Assembly (NCBI GenBank): GCA_045159875.1
Contig: CP067995.1
Location: 96,001-160,000 of the forward strand
Origin: a cyanobacterium endosymbiont of Rhopalodia gibba
Lineage (GTDB): Bacteria; Cyanobacteriota; Cyanobacteriia; Cyanobacteriales; Microcystaceae
Length of the DNA: 64,000 bases
Reading direction: 5' to 3'
Under the pieces are notes generated by a model. That model searched no databases. It was not told the DNA's origin and saw only the letters and a program-made list of their open reading frames with translations. The translations under genes and the position numbers were made by a program. Shown piece after piece: positions 1-11,939 of the stretch (position 1 is the first letter of the stretch; every line of letters starts with the position of its first letter).

Positions 1-1214
1 TACTGTTAACTTTTACATTCTAAGCTATTCGTTTTGTTATTTAAATCGCTAGTTGAGACTGTATAAGAGTAGAAAGACAGGAGCTTAGACATAAAAATAG
101 AACCCTTATAGTAAAAAAGTAAATGAGTGGTTTAAATATACAACAGTATACCAATACAGACTTAAATTTGCTTTTTTATTTTAAGTAAGTCAAGAATTTT
201 GATAGGAATATAGGTTCTTAATCAGAGAGAATAAATGAATCCTTCCTAAAATAGATAATATCATTTAAATAGAATAGAAAAATAAACCACTTAAAAATAT
301 TTCTTAGTTTTTAAAGAATCTAAAGAATGTAAATTATAAAAAAAATAAATAAAGTTTTTAAAACACAGCAAAACAATAAAGTCTAAAAAATATATATAAA
401 TATTCTGCATTATTAGTAATTGTGACTCCTATACCTAAATATGCAAAGTAGTAAATTTTTTATGATTAATAATAAAAAAAAATGAGAAAGCCTCAAATAT
501 TAAATTTTATTCCTTAGATTTAACAACTTTTTAAAAAGTTATGTAATTAGAACTTGAAACCTACGACTGTTTATGATTTAAAAATCGAGCTAAAGTTATA
601 ATAAAAGAAAAGTAGACTTGATAATTTTTACTTGTTATAATTTAGCGTTAGAAATTGTTCGAACTTTTCGAGGTCATCAAGATATATATGCTAAATCAAG
701 CATACTTAAATTGTGGCAATTTAATAACCAGAGTAATTTACCAATTAGTCTAATAAAAGATAATGTCTATCGAGCTGTTAAATTTAGTCACAACTATTTA
801 ATCTCTTTCCCTAAAAAATATAATTAAAATACTACAAAAAAGTTAAACAAGATAAATAAAATAATAAAAGTTTTTAGTTGTTAATTTGGTCAGAACAACT
901 TTAAATTTTTTCAAAATAAAAAGGCATTATTTAACGCAAATAAAATCTTATGATTGGGCTAAAATTCTGATTTTTAAAAAAATTTTTATAAAATGTAACT
1001 AAGTTGATAAAATATTTTATATTAGAAAACTTTAAAAAATTGACACTTAAGATAATCAAGGCGGCTGGTGATCGTAAAATGGCATATTTGAATCATTTGA
1101 AAGTAAGCGATAACAAGCGGTGGGTTTTAGAACATGTTCAATTTTCAAGCTATCTTTTGATAAAGCCTAATTAAAATTAGGAGTTACACATTAAAAAAAT
1201 ATATCAAATATATT

Positions 1215-1705
1215 TGATCTGGAATAAATAAAGCAATCATTATATATTGGATTTGATATTTTTATGTTTATTCTCTAACCCAAAATAGCCGGTAAATTTA
1301 CTAAAGATTGCATTCCTATAAAGTTTTTTAACAATTGAATCATCCATACTTAAAATTCTACCTATAATGTCAACATCTTATTTAACTTCATTAAATGAAT
1401 CAACAGGTTCCAGGTTCCTAACCTTCCTTTCGCCGGAACAGACTCATGCCGTCATGAAACAAATCGTTAAAGATATTGAACAAACGGCTACAGCTTGAAC
1501 ATTGGGATTGAGCGATTCAACGACGTAAAAATTTTGATAGCTATCTTTTATCTTGATAATCCTCTCTGTTTTATCAATTTTATGTTCTTTATTTTTAGCA
1601 ATTACTTTTTTATAAAAAAAACTATATTTAAGTTAACTTGTCAATGCCTAACTCCTACAACTTATCCTTTACCGTTTGATTGCTATCAACAACGGCTAAT
1701 TTAGT
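1215..1705. repeat. Dispersed degenerate repeat, copy A (homologous to 62555-63090); unidentified decayed multicopy element
   Basis: Colinear shared blocks with copy B, e.g. ggaataaataaagcaat/ggaataaaataaagcaat, catgccgtcatgaaacaaatcgttaaa/catgctgtcatgagacaaatcgtcaaa and tgtcaatgcctaactc/tgtcaatacataactc. Hand count gives 54/81 identical at 1436-1516 vs 62765-62845. Confidence 0.75.
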
Positions 1706-2348
1706 TATGAACCAAAGATTCTAATAAAAGGGAACAGTTAACGGGAAACAGAAAATAAAATTAAAAAATACCTAGTTATTATTTGGGTGGGAATTGATTA
1801 TCATCTAAATACTTAGTCTAAGAAAATATCAGTATCTACAGATAGGTAACACAGTTTATATACTGATTTAACGGCAACTTAATGAACTTAGGATAAATTT
1901 TTTCTAATTCTGGTTTTAACCGGGTACTATCTTCTGATAGATTCTGAATTTCAGTGTGAAGAATTACAATGATTTCCTCTTTTTTCTTTTTCTAATTTCT
2001 AATCAAATAATTTATCAAGTTATCCTATCAAACATGTTAAAGAACTTATTGAAGCACATCTATCATTGTTCTCTATATATGCTTAATTTCTCTATTAAAT
2101 GATTCTACTGAAGTTAGATCAGGAAAAATTAAGTTAAATTCTAATATACTTTGATTTTGCAATAATTTTAATAAAAAGTAAACTTTGAGACACTTAAATA
2201 ATTTTTAAATAAGGCTTTCAAGACTTTAACATTGATGATTTTACACGATAGGCTAGGTAGAGCCGATTAGATCATCCCAATCTATATAATTTAAATTGTT
2301 TCTCTTTATAAGAAATTTATTGTTTGTTCAATCCATAGATTATAATTG

Positions 2349-2382
2349 CCAATGTCTAAAACTTTAGACATTGGTTTTTTTC
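2349..2382. terminator. Hairpin with T-tract, putative intrinsic terminator
   Basis: ccaatgtctaaa-ac-tttagacattgg followed by a T run, about 210 bp beyond the stop of the ABC exporter gene. Confidence 0.45.
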
Positions 2383-2586
2383 TCCAATAGAGTTTATATA
2401 AAACTATCTTTATTGACTCGAACTACAGACGTGTACTTTGTAAAGATTGACAAAGGTTAACCACTACGGAAATGTGTGGCTAGATTTTAGAAAATTGGTA
2501 TTAAGAATCTTGAAACCTGTAATATAAATATCTTGTGAAAACCTGTAAGACTCTACAAAACTTGTCATCTTTCCTAAACCTATCAA

Positions 2587-4335
2587 CTAAAAATCTTCCT
2601 TTCCTTTTGCATATTGTTTTTTATAGAATTTAGCATAACGGCCTTCTTTAACCAACAACTCACTATGAGTTCCAAACTCAATGACTTGTCCTTTTTCTAA
2701 AACTAAAATACAATCAGCGCGACGGATGGTACTTAAACGATGGGCAATCACAAAAACAGTGCGGTTTTCCATCACCCGTTCTAAGGCTTCTTGTACTAAC
2801 GCTTCGGATTCAGAATCCAAGGCAGAGGTAGCTTCGTCTAGTATCATAATACGGGGATTGGGCAGAACAGCACGAGCGATCGCAATTCGTTGTCGTTGTC
2901 CCCCTGACAAGTTAACCCCCCGTTCTCCTACCCAAGTTTGATAGCCTTGGGGTAATTTGCTAATAAATGAGTCCGCGTTAGCAATTTTAGCTGCTTTTTC
3001 GATGGACTGTTGAGCTAACTCTTCTTGTCCATAGGCGATATTTTGAGCAATTGTTCCCGAAAATAAAGTAGTTTCTTGGGGAACAACACCAATTTGACGA
3101 CGGAGACTAGTTAAAGTAACATTTCTAATGTCTACTCCATCGATCAAAATTTGACCCTTTTGGGGGTCATAAAAACGTGGTAATAAATTGAGTAAAGTCG
3201 TCTTGCCAGCCCCAGAAGACCCCACTAAGGCAAGAATTTGACCCGGTTCAGCTAATAAAGATAGTCCTCGCAAAACGGGTTGGCCAGGTTGATAGGCAAA
3301 ACTGACCTGGGAATATTCTACTCTTCCGGTCACCTGGGGTAAAGTTAACCCATCAGGACTCTCAATAACACTGGGTTTACAGTCAACTAATTCGAAAATA
3401 CGATCTATTGATGCTTCGGCCTGTTTAAATTCATTGTAATTACTGGTCATTAAGTCAATTGGATGCAGCAATAAAGCAACAGCCGCCAAATAACTAACAA
3501 ATTCCTCAGATTTTAGATTTCCTTGTGAAATCTGCCAGCCTCCAATCAAGAAAAGCAACATAATACTAATTGCTTCGAGAAACCCGACGATTGGATATTG
3601 AAATGCCTTGAGTTGTTCTGCATGATATTTAGATTGACGATTACGTTCTGCTTCTTGGAAAAATCGGTTAACTTCATAGTCTTGGGCGACAAATGCTTTA
3701 ACGATTTGAATACCACTAAAAACTTCTGTCAACAAAGCCGAAAGATTAGAAACTTGGTTTTGACTACGACGGGATAATAGCAATAATTTTTCCCCAAAAC
3801 GACTGACCAAAATAGCCATTAAGGGAGACAAAACGAAACTGGCAATAGTTAACTGCCAGTTCAAATAAAACATATAAGCAGGAATAACAATCAATTGGAG
3901 AAAATTAGAAATGAATTGATGGGATAGTTTATCAATAATTTCTCCAACCCGATCAATATCTTCTGTTAAGCGATAGGTTAAGTCTCCAGTTTTTGCCGTT
4001 TCAAAAAAATCTAGTCCTAGTCTATGGAGATGAGTATATACTCCTTTTCGTAAGTTTAAACTCATAATAAGGGCAGCATCGATCATGAAAATATTTTGCC
4101 CATATTGAAAGATTCCCCGGATTAAAAATGCCAAGGTTCCTAACCCCAACCAATAGGCAACTTTTTCTACATCTCCTTGACCAATAAATAGAGCTACTTT
4201 ACCGGCAAGATAGGGCAAACAAAGGGTGATAAAAACAAAACCTAAAATACAGAATAGTCCTTTGACAATTAATGCCCATTGTGTCCATAAATATGGAAGT
4301 ATTCGCCACCAATTTGATCGTTTTTTGATAGTCAT
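2587..4335 (-). CDS. ABC exporter, fused permease/ATP-binding protein (MsbA-like)
   Basis: N-terminal TM domain; Walker A GSSGAGKT, signature LSGGQRQR, Walker B ILDEATSALD, AHRLST switch. Confidence 0.93.
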   Translation of the reverse strand: MTIKKRSNWWRILPYLWTQWALIVKGLFCILGFVFITLCLPYLAGKVALFIGQGDVEKVAYWLGLGTLAFLIRGIFQYGQNIFMIDAALIMSLNLRKGVYTHLHRLGLDFFETAKTGDLTYRLTEDIDRVGEIIDKLSHQFISNFLQLIVIPAYMFYLNWQLTIASFVLSPLMAILVSRFGEKLLLLSRRSQNQVSNLSALLTEVFSGIQIVKAFVAQDYEVNRFFQEAERNRQSKYHAEQLKAFQYPIVGFLEAISIMLLFLIGGWQISQGNLKSEEFVSYLAAVALLLHPIDLMTSNYNEFKQAEASIDRIFELVDCKPSVIESPDGLTLPQVTGRVEYSQVSFAYQPGQPVLRGLSLLAEPGQILALVGSSGAGKTTLLNLLPRFYDPQKGQILIDGVDIRNVTLTSLRRQIGVVPQETTLFSGTIAQNIAYGQEELAQQSIEKAAKIANADSFISKLPQGYQTWVGERGVNLSGGQRQRIAIARAVLPNPRIMILDEATSALDSESEALVQEALERVMENRTVFVIAHRLSTIRRADCILVLEKGQVIEFGTHSELLVKEGRYAKFYKKQYAKGKEDF

Positions 4336-4456
4336 TATTAATAATTATTTTTTTAAAATTTAGCTATTATTAGACAGTTAGGATCTTCAACATATCAGTA
4401 AAGTTAGCTAATTTTTTTGCTGTTAAGATCAATGGTCATTGACCTCTAATAAATAA

Positions 4457-4491
4457 AATACCACACTAGTTTACCAAACTAGTGTGGTATT
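4457..4491. repeat. 16-bp-arm inverted repeat (possible terminator)
   Basis: aataccacactagttt-acc-aaactagtgtggtatt. Confidence 0.7.
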
Positions 4492-4940
4492 GTAACATAT
4501 TTTTTTAATTAATTTGACCAATATATATAAATTTATCTAGCTTGGTTTATCTGTTTTAATAATAAATTATTCAATGTTCCCATGCAGTTTTAATTAGTCA
4601 TTTAGATTGCCAACAGTTTATACTTATGCACTTTTTTTATAGATGAGGACTATTGCCCTCATCAAGAACCTGCTCAACACTTAAAAATAGATACAAAGGA
4701 ATTAACAATAGACCAACAATTTTAGCTATTCTAGACTTAGAATACTAGATTAGTGGATAACAATCTCTAAAACTTTAGATTAGTAATTTTACTAAACCTA
4801 TCATATAAAATAATTAATATTAACGTGTTAAAAAACTTATTTAGGAATTGTTTAAATTTCTATAAAGCCAAATCAGCAAGGTAAGCAAAATATGATCGTT
4901 CTATCCTTTTTCTCGATATATTTTTATAACTGAATATTAT

Positions 4941-6146
4941 TTATTTTTTATCCTCAATATGATTCAATAAAAGTTTAGCAATTCTGACAGATGCTCCAGG
5001 CGGACCAAAGCGTTTTTGTCCTTTTTGAAAACAGGTGGCTAAATACTCCTTATCCTCTACTGTTTCCGCTATTCGTTTGGCTGCTTCACGAAGGGTTTCT
5101 AAAGTAGCAGGTCCGGTCCCAATAGTTTGGGCACAACTACCAATGAGTCTGGTTTGCGCCTCGGCAAATTCATAAGTAAATTGGGGTCCCTCTCCTGGGA
5201 CTTGAATGACAGGTTTTCCTAAGGCTATCCCTTGATCTACTGCTAACCCTGCCATTCCTAACATTAGGGTACAATTGTGTAGAATATCGCTAAAAGCGTC
5301 AGAATAACACCTGACTTCGGCTATTCCGTGATCAGACTGATAAGTTAATTGACCTTCTTTGTGTTCCCATCCTTCATTGTTGGCTATTTCGGCTAATTGG
5401 TTCATTAGTTTGGGGACCAACGCTGCTCGAAATTGAATGTGATCGGTGGACATCACTTTAATAATTTCTAGAACAAGGCTCAATTGCAATTTAAAATTAC
5501 GTTCTGCTTCAGGAAGTCTTGATCCTGGAAGTAAGGCGATAGTGGGAATGTTGGGGTTAAGATGTAGATCTTTTCCCGTAGGGATGAGTTTATCTAGAGA
5601 AGGAATTCCGCCGAATTTGGCTTTAGTGATTCCTTGTCGTTTAAGATCTTGAGCGGTATAAGGATCTCTAGTCACCACCGCTAAACATTTTGGTGATCGC
5701 AGGAAATGCCCAATAAACGGACCAATATATAATTTCCCTTCATAAAGACTCGACAGACAGGAAATAAAAGAAACGTAGGGATATCCTGTAGAATAGGCAA
5801 AGCCTTGGGATACAGTATCCCCTGTTGCCATAATTAAGTCACAAGTGGAGGCATATTCCCAAACTGCTTTTAATTGCCTCCAGGCTAACCCAATCAATCC
5901 GGCTCGGAGGTCTGTAAGAAAACGCCAACGGTTAATATAGGAAAATCCTCCAGAGGGCATATTTTGAGTAGGTCCAATAATCGGAATATTCAACCGACGA
6001 TAGGCATTTCCTTCTCCGACAATAGGCATTGCTGCTATCTCTAGGTCCGGACAAAGTTCGAGTAATGTTTCAATCACATAAGAGGAGTGGTTATCCTCTC
6101 CATGTCCATTACTAATAAATAAGATTCTTTTTTGGGAAGATGACAT
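4941..6146 (-). CDS. Lipid-A-disaccharide synthase-related protein (LpxB-like GT-B fold, cyanobacterial family)
   Basis: LFISNGHGED, PIVGEG, MPSGGF, LLPGSRLPEA and GEGPQFT motifs; ATG at 6146 preferred over TTG at 6161. Confidence 0.8.
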   Translation of the reverse strand: MSSSQKRILFISNGHGEDNHSSYVIETLLELCPDLEIAAMPIVGEGNAYRRLNIPIIGPTQNMPSGGFSYINRWRFLTDLRAGLIGLAWRQLKAVWEYASTCDLIMATGDTVSQGFAYSTGYPYVSFISCLSSLYEGKLYIGPFIGHFLRSPKCLAVVTRDPYTAQDLKRQGITKAKFGGIPSLDKLIPTGKDLHLNPNIPTIALLPGSRLPEAERNFKLQLSLVLEIIKVMSTDHIQFRAALVPKLMNQLAEIANNEGWEHKEGQLTYQSDHGIAEVRCYSDAFSDILHNCTLMLGMAGLAVDQGIALGKPVIQVPGEGPQFTYEFAEAQTRLIGSCAQTIGTGPATLETLREAAKRIAETVEDKEYLATCFQKGQKRFGPPGASVRIAKLLLNHIEDKK

Positions 6147-6238
6147 AAGAATTTTTAACAATTAATTTTCAACGTGACACCCTACCATAGAGATCTCACT
6201 AGATACTCAATATGTTTCAACGGTCAGACAAGTTTGGG

Positions 6239-7033
6239 TTAATTGATCTCTTGTTTTAAAGATCTAAAAAATTCTTCAACCGAACTTAATCCTTCTTCGG
6301 GAGTTCCCTTAGATAACCGTTTGACAATAGCACTTCCTACAATTACTGCATCCGCCCCCCAATTTTTCACCTGAACTGCATGTTTAACTTCGGAGATACC
6401 GAAACCGACCCCAATAGGTTTGTCAGTAACATTATGTAAACTATTGATTAACTCTTCTACCCTACTGGCTACTTGTGAGCGCACTCCCGTTACTCCAGTC
6501 ACACTCACCAAATAGATAAACCCCTGAGATTGACGGGCAATTGCCTGAATCCGTTCTATGGGACTATTAGGAGCAACTAATAGGGTTACTTCAACGCCCT
6601 CCGCGGCTGCAAGGTTTAACAAGCTCTGAGCTTCTTCTAGAGGCAAATCAGGAACAACTAGACCTTTGACCCCAGCTTCTTTAACTCGTTTCAGGAAAGC
6701 TTCTACTCCATGATAAAAAATAGGATTGTAGTAGGTAAATAAAACAATCGGAGCCTTAATTTCTGGGGAAACTTGTTTAACAATTCCTAAGATATCTTGT
6801 AATTTAATTCCATGGACTAAGGCACGGGTAGCGGCTGCTTGTATCACAGGTCCATCAGCCAAGGAATCGGCATAGGGAACCCCTAACTCAATTAAATCTG
6901 CTCCTAAACTATCAAGAAGGTGTAAAGCTCGGACAGTAGTGTCTAAATCAGGATCACCGGCTGTGATAAAGGGAATTAAGGCACATCGACCGTGATCGCG
7001 TAGAGATTGGAAACAATCAGAAACCGAGGTCAT
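6239..7033 (-). CDS. trpA: Tryptophan synthase alpha subunit
   Basis: [37 protein letters not shown] and VGFGIS motifs. Confidence 0.97.
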   Translation of the reverse strand: MTSVSDCFQSLRDHGRCALIPFITAGDPDLDTTVRALHLLDSLGADLIELGVPYADSLADGPVIQAAATRALVHGIKLQDILGIVKQVSPEIKAPIVLFTYYNPIFYHGVEAFLKRVKEAGVKGLVVPDLPLEEAQSLLNLAAAEGVEVTLLVAPNSPIERIQAIARQSQGFIYLVSVTGVTGVRSQVASRVEELINSLHNVTDKPIGVGFGISEVKHAVQVKNWGADAVIVGSAIVKRLSKGTPEEGLSSVEEFFRSLKQEIN

Positions 7034-7113
7034 AATTGTAGATTACCAAGTCGAAAGTTAGAAGGGATAAACCTGTGTTGACCCTTACAGAGGTCAGATA
7101 CAATTCTTATTGA

Positions 7114-7428
7114 TTAATATTCAGACGTTGATTGTTCTTGTGCCATTTCCTGTTGTAATTTACCAAGTTCTTCTGAGCTCATTGCTTCAAGTCGTTTTTC
7201 TAAGACTGCATCTTCATAGTCTTTAACTTGTTGATTGTAGGTCATTTTTTTACCCATTACTCTAAACAGATAGGTAAGCGTCCAGCCAAGCAGACCTACT
7301 ATCAATAAGGACTGACTCCAAATTCCAGCTGATATTCCATCAAATCCTACAGTCTCAAAAAATAGATAAGCTACCCCACCTGCGGCAAAAACAGCAATTC
7401 CAATGGCAATAACATCAATTCGTCGCAT
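7114..7428 (-). CDS. DUF3007 family membrane protein
   Basis: MRRIDV...AGIWSQ...TYLFRV..KMTYNQQ..DYE; lies in the conserved cyanobacterial ndhL-DUF3007-trpA order. Confidence 0.85.
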   Translation of the reverse strand: MRRIDVIAIGIAVFAAGGVAYLFFETVGFDGISAGIWSQSLLIVGLLGWTLTYLFRVMGKKMTYNQQVKDYEDAVLEKRLEAMSSEELGKLQQEMAQEQSTSEY

Positions 7429-7466
7429 GGTGTGTTATATCTTTAAATTTAAGTTGATTCCTGGAA

Positions 7467-7712
7467 TTAAGTTGTTATATTACGCCGTTTAGGTCGAAAA
7501 TTCAAAAAAGGACTCAACACCAACATTCCTGGGAAAAAGAAAAACATCAAAAAATACATGAATACTCGTTCAAACGAACTAGCCACATACCAACGACTGT
7601 TTAGATAAAAATAGACTATTCCCGGAATAATCAACAGATAGAGAACGCTCAAAGTTAGGTAGAGCATGGCGACTGAAAGAGTATTGTTTGTTAGAAAGTT
7701 AGCTATGGTCAT
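7467..7712 (-). CDS. ndhL: NAD(P)H-quinone oxidoreductase subunit L
   Basis: [42 protein letters not shown] is the NdhL signature. Confidence 0.93.
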   Translation of the reverse strand: MTIANFLTNNTLSVAMLYLTLSVLYLLIIPGIVYFYLNSRWYVASSFERVFMYFLMFFFFPGMLVLSPFLNFRPKRRNITT

Positions 7713-9074
7713 TGTTCAACAGTAAATATTTACACTTAGCTTAGTTTACCTAAAATCTTCGCAGAATGCCCTCACTACAGTCAACGGGGACACATCGAAA
7801 GCGACCTACTTAAATACATTGTATAGACGTAGAATGGTGCCGTCTACTAAAGTAAGAGAATCTGAATGGACAGTGTAGTTAAAAAACCTTGGCTTTTTAT
7901 TCAGAAAACCAGATTAAACGGGTGAGAGTTGTTAGATATAGCAATAAATGTGCTTATATAAAGATTTCCAATATTTTAGAAAGTTATCTCAAGGATGATG
8001 TAGAGCATACGGAAACTGACTTAAAAGCTTTCGAAGAGTCCGGCTTTGTAGTTTTTTGATGGAAACATTGAGAATGTAAACAGTTTCGGCTGAGCAAGGA
8101 ATTTCTAACAGAAGTGTAGAAAAAATCCCCTGTTACAACAGAGGTTAATAGGGGTATGCTGAATTTTATGCTCTTTTAAAAAGGAATATATTCTTGCCCT
8201 TTTAAGAAAGCTTAACTCTTCTGTAAGCTTGTCTCCATATTGATTACATCTAAATTTAACAACGATTAATCTTTACAAGATCAAGATATACAGTTTTTTT
8301 TAAAAATAAATCTTTAATAGTTACTTCATTATTATAACAAAAATTACTGGTTGTTAAACAACAATAAGTCCAAGTTGCCTTTAGTTACATTTCTTTTAGA
8401 TAATTCAATTGTTCCTATCTCACTTAAAATTAGTTAATGGGTTAACTCTAAATTTAGAATTTTATTTGTTAATCTAGCTAGATTTAGTATTTTATCCCAT
8501 AGATATAAACTGGTTAAGATATTGGGTTTAGCATAATTTAAGGACAAGAGCTAAATATTATATACATAATAGTCATGGCTTTTTATTAACTTATTGTTGA
8601 TGCTCTAACTTTCTCTTTATATTTCCTTAAAATTTTAAGTTCGATAGAACCAATAAGTGTAAACTAGAAAAGTGGTTAAAAAATAATGATTGCTAGATAT
8701 TAGCCTGCTTAATAATTTAGGTTAAAAAATTGGAATAGCAAGAATCATCGAAATTAACTAAGGATTTTAAAAATTTATCCGGAGGAATGGGAACAGAAAT
8801 TAAATATAATTTAACTAAGGCAGTTAAGTAAAATTTTTGTTAAAACACAAACTCCAAAAACACAAATTAAAATAACATAAATTGAGCTCAATAATTGCTT
8901 ATAAATAGATATATTAAACAATTTTTTTGTTGACGTTTATTGAAAGCTACCTACTTAATCATAATTATTTTTCTTTCAAAAAAAGAAAGAAAAGTAGCAA
9001 AAAATATTCTTGGTTAGACAGGTTAGACAGGTATTAAGATAAAATTTGAATCAAAATTGTTGTAACGGGTTAAC

Positions 9075-10352
9075 GTGGCTAAAGTTATTTTAGAACATCT
9101 TTATAAGAGTTTCTTCCCTAGGTCCGCCAAATCGACCCCTTCAGAAACTGAGTCAAATCTTTCGAAAAGTAAGCAAGCCAACGTTTTACGAGATATTAAC
9201 TTGACGGTTAACGACGGGGAATTTATGGTCCTTGTTGGACCTTCAGGTTGTGGAAAAAGTACATTATTACGGCTTATTTGTGGACTGGAAACAGCAACGG
9301 GGGGCAATATTAAAATTGGTGATCGTGTCATGAACACTCTTCCTCCAAAACAACGGGATATTGCCATGGTCTTCCAAAATTATGCTCTTTATCCTCATCT
9401 CAATGTCTATGATAATATTGCTTTTGGTTTGCGTCGTATGAGCCGAGATAACTCAACAAAATCAATCTCATCCTTACCTAAGTGGCTAGAATCAGCTTTA
9501 GTTAACTTGACACGGTTATTACCTAAGTCTTGGCGTTATCTTTCTACGACAGAACAAGTTATTAAGGAAAAAGTCTCCCAAGTTGCTCAACTTTTAGAAC
9601 TGGATCATCTCTTAGATCGCTTTCCTAAAGAGTTATCAGGGGGACAAAAACAACGGGTGGCTTTAGGACGCGCAATCTCCCGTAAACCGCAAGTATTTTT
9701 GATGGATGAACCCTTGTCGAATTTAGACACTACATTGCGGGTAATGATGCGTTCAGAAATTGTTCAACTACAACGAAAGATGAACATTACCACCATTTAT
9801 GTCACCCACGATCAAACTGAAGCAATGACCATGGGCGACCGTATTGCGGTCATAAATGATGGAGAAATTCAACAACTCGCCCCTCCTTTAGAACTTTATA
9901 ATCATCCTGCTAATCGTTTTGTGGCAGAATTTATTGGGTCATCTCCTATGAATTTTCTCGAGGTTACAGTTGATACTCCTGCCACGATTACTCATCCCCA
10001 ATTTTCTCTAAAACTACCGCAGTTTTGGGAATCTTATCTTAAAAGATATATTCGAACCACAGTATATTTAGGGATTAGACCCGAACATTTGACTCTTGGG
10101 TTTCCTTCACCAAATAATTTAGAAGTCAAAGTGAATTCAATCGAAAATTTAGGCAATGAAACTTCGATTTCTTTTCACCTAGTTACTGATCCAAATTCTT
10201 TGATAAAAGTTTGTCTGTCTTCTGATAATTGGGCTGAAATCAATAAAAATAGACAAAGTTTTTGGTTGTCTTTAAATCCAACTAAAATTCATCTATTTGA
10301 CTATAAAACTCAAAAATCTATTCAAAAAGATTCTAGAATGATAACAAACTAA
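9075..10352 (+). CDS. Sugar ABC transporter ATP-binding protein (MalK/UgpC family)
   Basis: GPSGCGKST, AMVFQNYALYPH, LSGGQKQR, DEPLSNLD, YVTHDQ and C-terminal LGIRPE TOBE region. Confidence 0.92.
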   Translation: MAKVILEHLYKSFFPRSAKSTPSETESNLSKSKQANVLRDINLTVNDGEFMVLVGPSGCGKSTLLRLICGLETATGGNIKIGDRVMNTLPPKQRDIAMVFQNYALYPHLNVYDNIAFGLRRMSRDNSTKSISSLPKWLESALVNLTRLLPKSWRYLSTTEQVIKEKVSQVAQLLELDHLLDRFPKELSGGQKQRVALGRAISRKPQVFLMDEPLSNLDTTLRVMMRSEIVQLQRKMNITTIYVTHDQTEAMTMGDRIAVINDGEIQQLAPPLELYNHPANRFVAEFIGSSPMNFLEVTVDTPATITHPQFSLKLPQFWESYLKRYIRTTVYLGIRPEHLTLGFPSPNNLEVKVNSIENLGNETSISFHLVTDPNSLIKVCLSSDNWAEINKNRQSFWLSLNPTKIHLFDYKTQKSIQKDSRMITN

Positions 10353-10375
10353 GTTTATTTAATTGCTTAGAATTT

Positions 10376-11569
10376 ATGTTTAAATTTAAACAATTCGGAT
10401 TAGATATTTTATTAGGATTATGTGGTATTGTTTTTGCCTTAGGTGTAAGTGAAATTGGGTTAAGAATTGCCCGAGTTTCCTATCCTAGTTTTTATCAAGT
10501 CGATGAATATAGAGGACACGTTTTAATTCCAGGAGTTTCTGGTTGGTGGACTCAAGAAGGAAAAGCATGGGTTAAGGTAAATAAAGATGGATTACGAGAT
10601 AAATACTATACCAAAGAAAAATCAAAAAATACTTTTAGAATTGCTATTTTAGGAGACTCTTTTGCCGAAGCAATTCAAGTAAATTTAGAGGAAACTTTTT
10701 GGTCATTTATTGAACAGGAATTACGTAATTGTCCCAGTATTAATAATCGGATAGTCGAGTCCATCAATTTTGGGGTGGGAGACTATGGAACCGCCCAAGA
10801 ATTAATGACTTTAAAACACCAGGTTAAACACTATTCTCCTGACATGATAATCCTAGCTATTTTCACAGGGAACGATATTGTTAATAATTCAAAAGTATTG
10901 AGTTCTGATGATAGATTTAGTCCTTTTTTAATTGAACAAGAGGGTAAGTTTTTTATGGATTTTTCTTTAAAGGAAACAAAAACCTATCAATGGCGTAGTA
11001 GTTTAACGAGAAAGGTAATTTTCTCTATTATTAATAATTCTTATTTATTACAGATGATAAATAAAGCAAGAATTACTTTTAAAAATCGCCATAGTTTCTT
11101 GGTTAAAGAAACTCCAAATAATGATAGTTTGAATATTATTAAATCTCTTGATTTTATGCCAGAACTTTACTTAGAAAATGAGGATGAAGACTGGGAGAAA
11201 GCCTGGGATATTACCGAAGAATTAGTTAGAATGATTAGGCAAGAAAGTGAAACACTAAAAGCTAAGTTTCTAGCTGTAACATTGAGTAATCCAGCACAAG
11301 TTTATCCTGATAAATCTCTACGAGATAAATATTTTCAAAAAGGAAGAGTGGCAGATCAATTCTCTCCTGACAAACGAATTAAGGCGTTAGGAGAAAAAGA
11401 GAAATTTGATGTGCTTAATCTAGCCCCAGAATTCCAGTACTATGCAGATAAAAATAATCAATTTTTACACGGATTTGAAAATACTGCTTTAGGAAGTGGA
11501 CATTGGAATCAATTAGGACATAAACTTGCTGGGGAATTAATTACTAGGAAAGTTTGTAAGATGCTTTAG
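10376..11569 (+). CDS. SGNH/GDSL hydrolase family protein with N-terminal membrane anchor
   Basis: ILGDSF, NFGVGDYGT, GND and C-terminal GHWN..GH motifs. Confidence 0.82.
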   Translation: MFKFKQFGLDILLGLCGIVFALGVSEIGLRIARVSYPSFYQVDEYRGHVLIPGVSGWWTQEGKAWVKVNKDGLRDKYYTKEKSKNTFRIAILGDSFAEAIQVNLEETFWSFIEQELRNCPSINNRIVESINFGVGDYGTAQELMTLKHQVKHYSPDMIILAIFTGNDIVNNSKVLSSDDRFSPFLIEQEGKFFMDFSLKETKTYQWRSSLTRKVIFSIINNSYLLQMINKARITFKNRHSFLVKETPNNDSLNIIKSLDFMPELYLENEDEDWEKAWDITEELVRMIRQESETLKAKFLAVTLSNPAQVYPDKSLRDKYFQKGRVADQFSPDKRIKALGEKEKFDVLNLAPEFQYYADKNNQFLHGFENTALGSGHWNQLGHKLAGELITRKVCKML

Positions 11570-11939
11570 CTATCATCTAATTTTATCTAAAATAAGACTA
11601 CATTGAAAGCTTACAAGGCAAGTATTTAAGATTTTTCTTGGCTTGTTATTCAGAGTATAAAGTAGGTTTATTGGTTGATTCTGGTCAATTTTCTATCTTA
11701 ATTTATTCTATGTCTGTTAGTTTGTTATGAGTAAATCAAGAAAGTTTTTATGAAGATAAACATAATTCAAAATAAATCTACGGTTATCCATGATTGATAA
11801 ATCCTGTAACCTGGAGAAGGAGCTTGTTATTTAGATGCAAATGTCATAATTTTGAATATTGAAGAAACTGAAAAAGTTTTTGTCAAAAAAAATATTAATT
11901 TTTCCTACTACTGCTGAGTTAGATTATAAAAGTTGATAT

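Noticed and set aside
618..827. 69-aa ORF and similar AT-rich spacer ORFs (1495, 25987, 26598, 57801)
   Set aside because: No recognisable family; some lie within decayed elements
7760..8160. Moderately GC-rich patches likely to be pseudogene debris (also 26170-26415, 33740-33980, 40140-40480, 56100-56480, 61560-61720)
   Set aside because: Could not assign any family with confidence
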